From an uncultured Gemmatimonadota bacterium (GTDB lineage Bacteria; SM23-81): 12,470 bases of DNA. The translations under genes were made by a program, and so were the position numbers. The notes under the pieces are model-generated. The model was not told the DNA's origin and ran no database searches. It saw only the letters and a program-made list of their open reading frames with translations. The stretch is from positions 1 to 12,470 of the forward strand of contig CAZOYL010000076.1 in assembly GCA_964584035.1 (NCBI GenBank), in the 5' to 3' direction. Below, piece after piece: positions 1-8,487 of the stretch (positions are counted from its first letter, which is position 1; the number at the start of each line of letters is the position of its first letter).

Positions 1-445
1 CGGTGACCACCGAGACGGCGATCGAGGCCCCGAACAGGCGCACCCCGCTGGCCAGCAGCCGGGGGACGAAAAAAAACAGGGTGGCCGTATTGCGCGTCCC
101 CGCGCCGAACCGCTGGGCCAGATATTCATAGACGGTGGTCACCCGGCCGCCGTAGAAGGCCGGCATGAACAGGAAGGCGATGCCGATGCGGCCCAGCATC
201 GAGCCGAAGGCGAACTGGATATAGGCGTGGTCGGCCCGGTAGGCGTCGGCCGGCACGCCGATGAAGGTCAGGGCGCTGAGCTCGGTGGCCAGGATGGAGA
301 AGCACACCGCCAGCCAGGGGATGCGGCGCCCCCCGAGGAAGAAGTCCTCGGTATCCCGTTCCCGGCGGCCGAAGATGTAACCGACCGTGGCCAGGGAGCA
401 GAAATAGAGAACCAGGATGATCAGATCGGGACCGGCCAGGCGCAT
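1..445 (-). CDS. Sodium:solute symporter (SSS/SLC5 family), N-terminal 148 aa; runs off the window edge
   Basis: Not in the ORF track because there is no stop in the window. ATG at 445-443 is preceded by AAAGGAG (457-451) with a 5-nt spacer. My translation: MRLAGPDLIILVLYFCSLATVGYIFGRRERDTEDFFLGGRRIPWLAVCFSILATELSALTFIGVPADAY...FMPAFYGGRVTTVYEYLAQRFG...RLLASGVRLF. It carries the SSS hallmarks DFFLGGR..PW, S..AT..SA.TF.G.P and T.YEYL..RFG, with several hydrophobic helices. Substrate cannot be determined. Confidence 0.93.
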   Translation of the reverse strand, partial: MRLAGPDLIILVLYFCSLATVGYIFGRRERDTEDFFLGGRRIPWLAVCFSILATELSALTFIGVPADAYRADHAYIQFAFGSMLGRIGIAFLFMPAFYGGRVTTVYEYLAQRFGAGTRNTATLFFFVPRLLASGVRLFGASIAVSVVT

Positions 446-450
446 GCAGG

Positions 451-458
451 CTCCTTTC
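451..458 (-). promoter_or_regulatory. Shine-Dalgarno site of the sodium:solute symporter gene
   Basis: Minus strand reads GAAAGGAG-CCTGC-ATG. Confidence 0.75.
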
Positions 459-482
459 TTCTGACTGTCTCATGTTCTCCTT

Positions 483-3400
483 TCATTTCCGTCGTCTCCT
501 GGGTCTTGCTTCCCGTCTTCCGCCTCCGCCTTCATCGATCTCCTCCACGATCCCCAGGATGGCCTCCCGGCCGGCGTAACTGATCAGCTTGGTATTGCTT
601 AGGATCTTGAACTTCCGGCCCCGCCGGGTGATGCAGGTATACTCCGTGGGCGGGACCTCCTGTCCCTTTTGATGGCGGATCAGGTTCTTACGGGCCAGTC
701 CTCTCGATTCCGGCGCTATCAGGGCGAGAAAGTCGAAATCCTCCGCATGGAAGTCCTTCCTCTTGTATCCGAAGACCTGCAGACAGCGTTTATTGGCATA
801 GATGATCGGTCCCATGGCACTGACCCAGATCATGTGCGGCGACTGCTCGGCCAGGGTGTGGAACAGCTCCTCTGATTCCTTCAGCGAGGTCTCTATCTGC
901 TTGCGCTGGATGGACAGGGCAACGGTATCGGAGACCAGCTCTAAAATCCGCAGATCGCGCTCGTCGAGGGCCTGTTCACTGCGATAATCATGGACGATCA
1001 GGGCGCCGATCGATTTCCCCTCGACTTGCAGCGGCACGCCCATCCAGACCTTGGTCGCCGCCCCGATGGGTTTGACCGCTCCCGACCGCTTCAGCTCGCG
1101 GATCTGTTTGGCGGTCAGCAGCAGGGGCCTGTTCTTCTTCATTAAATAGGCCGTCAACGTCTTGCCGGCCGGGAGACAGCCCTCGAAGCAGTCCTTCTCA
1201 TCCGCGTGATATTCCACCGAGATGATGTGTTTCTCGTGGTCGAACAGCGAGATGGATATATTTTTTGTCTTCAGGAGGCCGCTCAGCTCCCGGTGGATGG
1301 TTTTATAGAGCTGTTTGAGGGTCCTGGAGGTTTGAACCGCATCCGAGATTCGTCTCAGGGAGCTTTGGATGTGTTCATCCCGCTTGCGCTGAGTGATATC
1401 CCTGATGATGGCGAGAAGCCCGATGATCCTGCCATCTTTCTTCAGCAGGCTGTATCGCCCCTCTCCCCATTTCACGGTGCCATCTCTTAGCTGAAACATG
1501 AACTCCACGGGAGGGATGCTCTCGCCCCTGAGAGCCGCGGCGAACAATTTCTTCAATTGAGCGATATCGGCCTTGCGGAAGGTCTTCAGTTGGGTGAACT
1601 TCTTTCCGACCAGATCGCCTTTTCGGGCGTATCCTCCCATGCTCAGGGTTGTGGTGTTGCAGGAGGTGATGCGGCCCTCGATGTTCAAGGTGAAGATCGC
1701 GTCCGGAGCCGTCTCCAGCAGGCTGCGGAGTCGGGTTTCAGACCGTTCCAGGGTCGTGTACAGATCTCGTTCTTCGGTGACATCCCGGAGAATGGCCTGC
1801 AGGCCGGTTTTTCCCCGTCCATCTCTCAGAAAGCTGGTCCTGATTTCGAGGTATCGCCTTTTCCCCTTTCCATCGGTCCATTCCAGCTCGAAGGGTTTGG
1901 GTAATCCGCCGCGCATGATAGTCCTGAACAGTCGTCTGAATTCGTCCTCGCGCTTCGGATCCATGATCGGGTTATCCCAGAACGATCTGCCGAGAATATC
2001 ATCCTCGGTCAGGCCGTATTGTTTCAGGAACATCCGGTTGCAGGAGGTGACCGTTCCCTTTGTGTCGACGGTGATGATGGCGTCGGGGGCCAGGTTGACG
2101 ATGTTTTTATAGCGCCGGCCCATTTTCTCGATCTCTTCCCGGGCCTGGATCCGCTCGGTGATATCCCGAATGATCCCCTGGGTGCCGGTGATTTTTCCAT
2201 CGGTTTTAACGGGTGCAGCGGTCAGCTCGGTCGAAACGATGCTGCCATCCTTTCGTTTCATGTCCAGCTGCAGGCTACGGACCGGCCTATCCTTCACCAC
2301 GCGGCTGAAATGGTTGACGGCCGAAGGGATGTCGCTGGACTTCACGAAAGCGTGATAGATTTTTCCGATGACCTCCTCGGGCCGATAGCCGAGGATATTC
2401 TGCACGGCCGGTGAGATATAAGTTACCCGCCCGTTGGGATCGGTGGTGAAGATGGCGTCGAGCACGTTCTCAGCAATGCCGCGGAAATTCTCCTCCGATT
2501 CGCGAAGGGTATTTTCCAGCGCTCTGCGATCGGAAATGTCCACGGCGACGCCCCTCAGGCCCGCCGGCCGGCCATCGCGGAGGATCGGGCTGGATAGAAT
2601 GATGACCGGGAAGGTGCTGCCGTCCTTGCGTTGAGCCGTGTACTCGTGATCTTCGAAAGAGTCCCCGCGAAGCCTTTTGGTGATATTCTCCGAGACCCGT
2701 GATTTCTCCTCCGGGAGGAATAATTTCCAGACATAGAGGCCCTTATCGATGTCCTCCTGACGGTAGCCGAAAACGTCCAGGCCGGCCTGGTTCGTGGTGG
2801 TGATCAGGCCCTTCAGGTCCAGCTCGAAGACCGGCGTGGGCAGGAGCTGGAGAAGCTCGCGATGTTTCCGTTCGCTGTCCTCCAGTTTCTTTTTGGATAT
2901 CACCTCTTCGGTGATATCGCGCCCGAAGATGGCCAGTCGTGCGACCTTTCCTCGATCGTTGAAGATCGGGCCGATAGTGGTGTCGAAGTGAAACCCGGCC
3001 CGCTGGTCCAAAAACTGGACGGGTTCGCCCGTTCGGATGACCTGCTCGATCATCGCCCTTCTAGATTCGCCCACATCCTTTGGCCAGGCCCTGTAGCCGT
3101 CGATGCCGATGAGGTCCTTCAGCGATCTGCCGATCCGCCTGGCGGCTGCTTCGTTCATGGCCAAGATGGTCCCTTTGGCATCGATCAGTATGGACGAGTC
3201 GGTGATGGCATTCATCAGCGCCCGGGCCGTCTCCTCGCTCTCTTTCAACAGCTGTAGATGCTGTATCTCGTGGATCTGCCGGGCGACCAGGTTGACCAGC
3301 TCTTCCATGAAGAGGACCGTCTGAAGGTCGGGCCGCTTTCCATCCCAGGGGGTGTCGACCGACAGATATCCTTCGACGGCGCCTGATCTGCTCAGAACGG

Positions 3401-6400
3401 GAACGAATAGTTCATCGCCGGGTTTCCATGTTCCGGAGGCGGTGGTCTTCTTCGACCTCTGGGGGATATATCGCTTGGTCTTTCCCAGGGGCAGGTTCGC
3501 CTCGGCGGGGATGAAGATGGATCGACTGATCCGGAATCGGCCGGCCAGCATCCTTTTTCTCAAGGCGCCGTCCGGCGGAGAGCCCCCGCGGGTCTGCTCA
3601 ACGACCTTGGGATCCAGACCCGCCTGGCCCAGGTTGGTGATCTCCCGGCGGCCGTTATGCAGGGTCATGACCGCCCGCTGGTAGAGTTTCGACTCGCGGA
3701 GCGCCTCGCATCCCAGGCGAAGACATTCATCGATACTGCCGGCCTGGCGCAGCGAATCCAGCAGATGAGATTTCGAAAGGTGCTCCTGTTCCTGTTCCTT
3801 CCGCTCGGTGATATCCCGGGCGATGATGAGTAACTGCAACTGTCCATCGATCTTGATCGGAAAAGCGCTGAGCTCGACAAACAGCTTTTCGCCCTTCTTG
3901 CGCACCAGGGTGAACTCCTGCGGTCCCAGCGGCCGCCCCTGGGCCAGTTCCTCCAGAAATGCGGCCCACTTGGGGAGCTCCTCCTCCGGCGCCAGCCCGA
4001 ACTCGAGAATGCTCTTTCCGGCCAGCTCCTTCTTGCCGTAACCGGTCAGCTCCTCGGCCGCGCGGTTGCAGTCCAGCAGCCGGCCGTGCGCGTCCAGAGA
4101 TAAATATCCTTCCGGGGCATATTCGAACAGGATCTTGAGCCGCTCCTCCGAATGAGCCAGCTCCTCCTCGGCCCACTTGCGGACGCCGATGTCCTCGACC
4201 ACGGAGATGAAATAGTCGGGTCGACCGGAGCTGTCGCTGATCAGGGTGGAGGTGAGATGAACCCAGACCGGATAGCCGTCCTTGTGAATATAACGCTTTT
4301 CCATGGTCAGCTGGGAGATCTCACCGTTGAGCAGCTGGCGGGTAAACTCCAGATTGGTCTCCAGATCGTTCGGATGGGTGATATCCTGGAATCGCCGTTC
4401 GAGGAGCTCCATCCGCGAATAGCCGACGATGTCGCAGAATTTTTCATTGACCCTGATGAAATGCCCGTCCAGGGCGACATGGGACATGCCGACGGCCACC
4501 TGTTCAAAGGTTGTGCGGAAATTTTCCTCACTCTCTTGTAACCGTTGGTCGAATTCTTTATGTTCGGTGATATCCCTGGCGATGTTCAGGATGACCAGCT
4601 CGCCCTTGATGGTTATCGGGTAGGAGCTGATCTCCAGCGTCAGGTGATTCCCGTTTTTCTGACGGATGGTGAACTCCACCGGACCGGTGGCCTGGCCAGC
4701 TCGGTTCGCTTTCAGCACCCGGAGGGCCCTGGTGATGTCCTCTCGAAGCAGCAGTTTGGATTCGATCACCGTCCTGCCGATGAGCTCTTCCTTTCTGTAT
4801 CCGCTCATCTCCTCGGCCGCCCGGTTGCCGTCGACGAAGCGGCCCTCGGTATCGGTGAGATAATAGGCCTCCGGCGCGTAATCGAAGATGATCTGCAGGC
4901 GTTCTTTGGATTCCTTGAGCTCTTCTTCGGCCTGTACCCGGCCGGTGATGTCCAGAATGGCGCCGAAAGCGCCACGGTAGGTTCCTTTCTGGTCGTATCG
5001 CGGTGAGGCCGTAATGAGCAGATGCTTCCGATTTCCCTTGGGCGTGACAAGGGGCAGCTCATATACCGAGGTTTTGCCCTTCTTCCTCTCCCGGTTTTGG
5101 CGCTTCAATATTTCCCCCGCTTCGGAGGGAAAAATATCGAACAGGCTTCGACCGATGAGGTGTTCAGGATCCTGTTCGAAGATCTTTTCAAATGCCGGAT
5201 TGCAAAAGAGGATCGTTTCCTGCTCATCGACGATGCCGATGCCCTCCTGAATGTTGTTGAACACCTCGTCGAGATGGTCCTTCTGTCTCCTGATCTCCTC
5301 CTCGTCCTGCCGGCGCTCGGTGATGTCCTCGGTGTGCACCAGGACCAGATCCGGCGGGGCGAAGGCGTACTTGATCGCAAAGAATTTGTTTTCACCGGTC
5401 GTGATCATGCGATAAGGCATTTCGCGCCAGATCGGTTTCTTTTCGGAAAAACACTGCTCCATCTCCCGGCGGATCTGCGGCTGGTCCTTATACAGTTCCC
5501 CGGCTTTTACTCCGATCAGCTTGGAGATGTTGCCCTTGGTGATTTTCAGGGCGGCATCGCTATAGTCGATGAGCTCGAACGTTCTGCCGCTGCGGCGCCA
5601 GATGTAGGTGGGAACGGGAATGGCTTTAAACTGGGCCAGAGCCTTCTGTTGACTCTCCTCCAGCTCGGCCGTCCGTTTGGCCACCAGGTCCTCGAGATGA
5701 TCTTTGTGCCGCCGGAGTTCTTCTTCGACCCGCTTCAGTTCTGTGATGTCGCGTCCCACTGCCTGGTACTCGACCAGCCGACCGGCCTCGTCGAAAATAG
5801 CCCGGTTGGTCCACTGCTGCCAGCTGATTTGGCCATCGGGACCGATGACCTTTTGCTCATGCATATCGGTCGGTTTTTTTTGGCTCAGGGCGGCGATTCG
5901 GCCGGCAACGAACCGGCGGTGTTCCGGGGCGATCAGAGGGGTGAATTTTTCCCCGATCAGGTCGGCGCGTTTTTTGTCGAAATATCGGCAATACGCTTCG
6001 TTGACGAAGGTCAGAGTTCCATCGGGCTGAAAGCGGCAAATCAACTCGGTCTGATCCTCCACGACGGCGCGATAACGTTGTTCGTTTTTCTGTAATAATT
6101 CTTCTGTCTGCTTTTTTTGAGTGATGTCCCGGACCAGGGTCGCGACCTGGGTGACCTTCCCCTTGTCGAAGATGGGGATTTTTCGCGTATCGGTGATGAT
6201 CTCTTCATCACCAAGCCTGGTGGTTTCTTCTGTCGTCAGAATCTGGCCGGTCCGAAAGACCTGACGGTATTCAGAACGGACCTTGGCCGAGAGAAAGGGA
6301 AATGTTTCGAAGAGCGGTCGACCGATCAAATTTTTGTCCATCCCAAGTTTTCGGCACCATTGCTTGAAGGCAGTGTTCAAGAGGATGATCTTCAGGTTCC

Positions 6401-6965
6401 TGTCCACCACGTGAAGGGGATCGATCAATGAATCGAGGGTGGTATGATACTGAGCTTCAGATTCCTCCAGGGTTTTTTCGATTTCGAGCAGCCTGGAAAT
6501 ATCCTTTTTTCTACTGGAGATATCGCGGATGATGGCCAGGCCGGCGGGCTGTCCGTGCCAGGTGGTTCTGGCCGCCGTCAGCTCGATGGGCAGGGGCGTG
6601 CCGTCCCGTCGAACGATGACCGTCTCATATTGCCGCGGGGCGGGCTTGCCGGCCAATCGTTTTCTGTATCGCTGGACGACCTTTTCCTTCTGCTCGGGGT
6701 GGGTCAGATCCTCGATGGTCATCTGATACAGCTCGGTCAGATTGTAGCCGGTGATTTCCACGGCCCGTTTATTGGCATAAACGTACCGGCCGGCGACCGA
6801 GATGAGGATGGCATCACTGGCGTTCTCCGTCAGGGCCTTGAAATTCTCCTCTCCATCAGAGACGCTTCCCGGTGTTCGCCGGGATCGTTTCAGCCGGCGG
6901 ATCTCCTGACGCAGAGCGGCGAGCTCCTCGATCAGCCGCTTTTTCGTTTTTCGTTCATCTTTCAT
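483..6965 (-). CDS. Giant cytoplasmic multi-sensor protein (14 PAS/PAC + 2 GAF-like domains), no output domain recognised
   Basis: 2160-aa ORF with GAGGGG SD upstream of ATG 6965. N-terminal coiled coil KTKKRLIEELAALRQEI. Repeated PAS units end in PAC D[IV][TSG] motifs followed by helical linkers. Approximate layout: PAS1-8 at 6850-3800, GAF-like at 3780-3265, PAS9-13 at 3240-1388, GAF at 1375-902 (WMGVPLQVEGKSIGALIV...RDLRILELVSDTVALSI), PAS14 at 872-535. No transmembrane segment, H-box, GGDEF, EAL or HD-GYP motif seen. Confidence 0.92.
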   Translation of the reverse strand: MKDERKTKKRLIEELAALRQEIRRLKRSRRTPGSVSDGEENFKALTENASDAILISVAGRYVYANKRAVEITGYNLTELYQMTIEDLTHPEQKEKVVQRYRKRLAGKPAPRQYETVIVRRDGTPLPIELTAARTTWHGQPAGLAIIRDISSRKKDISRLLEIEKTLEESEAQYHTTLDSLIDPLHVVDRNLKIILLNTAFKQWCRKLGMDKNLIGRPLFETFPFLSAKVRSEYRQVFRTGQILTTEETTRLGDEEIITDTRKIPIFDKGKVTQVATLVRDITQKKQTEELLQKNEQRYRAVVEDQTELICRFQPDGTLTFVNEAYCRYFDKKRADLIGEKFTPLIAPEHRRFVAGRIAALSQKKPTDMHEQKVIGPDGQISWQQWTNRAIFDEAGRLVEYQAVGRDITELKRVEEELRRHKDHLEDLVAKRTAELEESQQKALAQFKAIPVPTYIWRRSGRTFELIDYSDAALKITKGNISKLIGVKAGELYKDQPQIRREMEQCFSEKKPIWREMPYRMITTGENKFFAIKYAFAPPDLVLVHTEDITERRQDEEEIRRQKDHLDEVFNNIQEGIGIVDEQETILFCNPAFEKIFEQDPEHLIGRSLFDIFPSEAGEILKRQNRERKKGKTSVYELPLVTPKGNRKHLLITASPRYDQKGTYRGAFGAILDITGRVQAEEELKESKERLQIIFDYAPEAYYLTDTEGRFVDGNRAAEEMSGYRKEELIGRTVIESKLLLREDITRALRVLKANRAGQATGPVEFTIRQKNGNHLTLEISSYPITIKGELVILNIARDITEHKEFDQRLQESEENFRTTFEQVAVGMSHVALDGHFIRVNEKFCDIVGYSRMELLERRFQDITHPNDLETNLEFTRQLLNGEISQLTMEKRYIHKDGYPVWVHLTSTLISDSSGRPDYFISVVEDIGVRKWAEEELAHSEERLKILFEYAPEGYLSLDAHGRLLDCNRAAEELTGYGKKELAGKSILEFGLAPEEELPKWAAFLEELAQGRPLGPQEFTLVRKKGEKLFVELSAFPIKIDGQLQLLIIARDITERKEQEQEHLSKSHLLDSLRQAGSIDECLRLGCEALRESKLYQRAVMTLHNGRREITNLGQAGLDPKVVEQTRGGSPPDGALRKRMLAGRFRISRSIFIPAEANLPLGKTKRYIPQRSKKTTASGTWKPGDELFVPVLSRSGAVEGYLSVDTPWDGKRPDLQTVLFMEELVNLVARQIHEIQHLQLLKESEETARALMNAITDSSILIDAKGTILAMNEAAARRIGRSLKDLIGIDGYRAWPKDVGESRRAMIEQVIRTGEPVQFLDQRAGFHFDTTIGPIFNDRGKVARLAIFGRDITEEVISKKKLEDSERKHRELLQLLPTPVFELDLKGLITTTNQAGLDVFGYRQEDIDKGLYVWKLFLPEEKSRVSENITKRLRGDSFEDHEYTAQRKDGSTFPVIILSSPILRDGRPAGLRGVAVDISDRRALENTLRESEENFRGIAENVLDAIFTTDPNGRVTYISPAVQNILGYRPEEVIGKIYHAFVKSSDIPSAVNHFSRVVKDRPVRSLQLDMKRKDGSIVSTELTAAPVKTDGKITGTQGIIRDITERIQAREEIEKMGRRYKNIVNLAPDAIITVDTKGTVTSCNRMFLKQYGLTEDDILGRSFWDNPIMDPKREDEFRRLFRTIMRGGLPKPFELEWTDGKGKRRYLEIRTSFLRDGRGKTGLQAILRDVTEERDLYTTLERSETRLRSLLETAPDAIFTLNIEGRITSCNTTTLSMGGYARKGDLVGKKFTQLKTFRKADIAQLKKLFAAALRGESIPPVEFMFQLRDGTVKWGEGRYSLLKKDGRIIGLLAIIRDITQRKRDEHIQSSLRRISDAVQTSRTLKQLYKTIHRELSGLLKTKNISISLFDHEKHIISVEYHADEKDCFEGCLPAGKTLTAYLMKKNRPLLLTAKQIRELKRSGAVKPIGAATKVWMGVPLQVEGKSIGALIVHDYRSEQALDERDLRILELVSDTVALSIQRKQIETSLKESEELFHTLAEQSPHMIWVSAMGPIIYANKRCLQVFGYKRKDFHAEDFDFLALIAPESRGLARKNLIRHQKGQEVPPTEYTCITRRGRKFKILSNTKLISYAGREAILGIVEEIDEGGGGRREARPRRRRK

Positions 6966-6990
6966 CTCGTCGGCCCCTCATCTATTATGC

Positions 6991-8487
6991 TTATGCCCGC
7001 GGCTCCACCCTGGGAGCATAATCCTCCATGACGGGAAAATGATCCAGGCGCCTGGCGATGGCCGCTTCCAGAAAGGAATTGACCCACCAGAAGATGTCAT
7101 GGCTTCGAATAGATCGGCGTAGTTTGCCCATACGGGAGCGTTTTTCATCATCGTCCATGCGGCAGGCCTGATAGATCGTCTCGGCCATGCCCTCGATGTC
7201 ATGCGGGTTGACCAGCAGGGCGTTGTCCTGCAGCTGCGCCGTGGCTCCGGCGAACTCGCTCAGGATGAGGACCCCGGTCTCCTCTAAATTAGAGGCGCAA
7301 TATTCCTTGGCCACCAGGTTCATGCCGTCCTTGAGGGGCGTCACCAGGGCCACCTCGGCGGTTCGGTAGTAGGCCAGCAGCTCCTGGCGATCGAGATGAC
7401 GGAAGATGTAGTGAATGGGTACCCACCCGGAGCGGGTCAACTGGCCGTTGATCTTGCCTACCAGGCGCTCGATCTCGATCTTCAGGTCTTCGTATTCAGG
7501 TATGGCCCTGCGGCTGGGCACCAGGACCTGGATGAGGACGACCTTTTCCATAAGCTCGGGAAATCGCCGCAGGGCGTTACGAAAGGCTTTAAACTTTTCG
7601 GGAATGCCCTTGGTATAATCGAGACGGTCGACGCCCAGAATGATCTGCTGATGGGGCAGATCCTCGTGGATGTACCAGGCCTGTTCAGCCACTTCCCTGG
7701 TCTTGGCCAGATTGGCGAACTCATTGAAATCGATGCTGATGGGGAAAGACCCGATACGCAATTCCCGTTTTCCGAAGGTGACGGTCAAAACCTGTCCGCG
7801 GCCCGATATGTTCACCCCCTGTATCAGGTGGCGGATGCACTGCAGGAAGTTGCGCCGGTCGCGGATGGTCTGAAAGCCGATCAGATCGTATTCCAGCAGC
7901 GACAGCAGGATCTGAAATCGCCAGGGCAGTTTCAAATACACGTCCATGGGGGGGAAGGGCGTGTGCAGGAAGAAGGCGCACTTGGCCCTCACGCCCAGCT
8001 TGCGCAAATCGCCGGCCACACTCATGAGGTGGTAATCGTGCACCCAGATGAAATCGTCCTTCCTGGCGTTTTCGGCGATCACCCGGGCGAACTTCTTATT
8101 AGCCCTGCGGTAGGCCTGCCAGTAGGCGGGATCGAAGCGGCAGCGGGATTGCAGGTCATGAAACAGGGGCCAGAGGACCTGGTTGGAGAATCCCCGATAA
8201 TATTGATCGACATCCTCGGCGCTCAGCAGCACCGGCTTGAGGCGGTAGCCGGCATCTGCGGTCGCCTGGGCTAAGAGTGCCTCCATCTCCGCCGGATCGT
8301 CGACGAATGTGCCCGGCCAGCCGATCCAGATGCCGCCCCGATCCCGCAGCACCGGGGCCAGGGCGGTGACCAGCCCTCCCGAGCCGGGCTCGATCTGCCA
8401 GGCTTCGTCCTTCTTCCGGCTGAGAATGATGGGCAGCCGGTTGGAGACGATAATCAGGCGGTTGGTTCCGGAGCCGTCCTTATTCAT
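6991..8487 (-). CDS. otsA: Trehalose-6-phosphate synthase (GT20)
   Basis: GT20 motifs [90 protein letters not shown] at 8500-8496. otsB in the same cluster favours trehalose over the related glucosylglycerol-phosphate synthase. Confidence 0.95.
   Translation of the reverse strand: MNKDGSGTNRLIIVSNRLPIILSRKKDEAWQIEPGSGGLVTALAPVLRDRGGIWIGWPGTFVDDPAEMEALLAQATADAGYRLKPVLLSAEDVDQYYRGFSNQVLWPLFHDLQSRCRFDPAYWQAYRRANKKFARVIAENARKDDFIWVHDYHLMSVAGDLRKLGVRAKCAFFLHTPFPPMDVYLKLPWRFQILLSLLEYDLIGFQTIRDRRNFLQCIRHLIQGVNISGRGQVLTVTFGKRELRIGSFPISIDFNEFANLAKTREVAEQAWYIHEDLPHQQIILGVDRLDYTKGIPEKFKAFRNALRRFPELMEKVVLIQVLVPSRRAIPEYEDLKIEIERLVGKINGQLTRSGWVPIHYIFRHLDRQELLAYYRTAEVALVTPLKDGMNLVAKEYCASNLEETGVLILSEFAGATAQLQDNALLVNPHDIEGMAETIYQACRMDDDEKRSRMGKLRRSIRSHDIFWWVNSFLEAAIARRLDHFPVMEDYAPRVEPRA

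Noticed and set aside
61..76. G5 and A8 homopolymer runs in the symporter as a phase-variation site
   Set aside because: The reading frame is intact through them (LFFFVPR) and T-runs are expected in Phe-rich TM helices.
126..473. 115-aa minus-strand ORF from the track
   Set aside because: Out-of-frame shadow of the symporter gene, with Arg/Pro/Gly/His-rich nonsense composition. The real CDS starts at 445 in another frame.
483..6965. LOV or other cofactor-specific assignment for individual PAS domains, and foreign origin suggested by lower GC than the symporter
   Set aside because: No GxNCRFLQ LOV motif was seen and ligands cannot be assigned by eye. The GC contrast can be explained by Lys/Glu/Ile-rich versus Ala/Gly/Val-rich composition, and no mobility genes or att sites are visible.
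6984..7012. CATAAT -10-like hexamer (within GCATAA GCATAA T) upstream of the PAS gene
   Set aside because: No -35 or extended -10 element at a suitable spacing, so an internal promoter is not supported.
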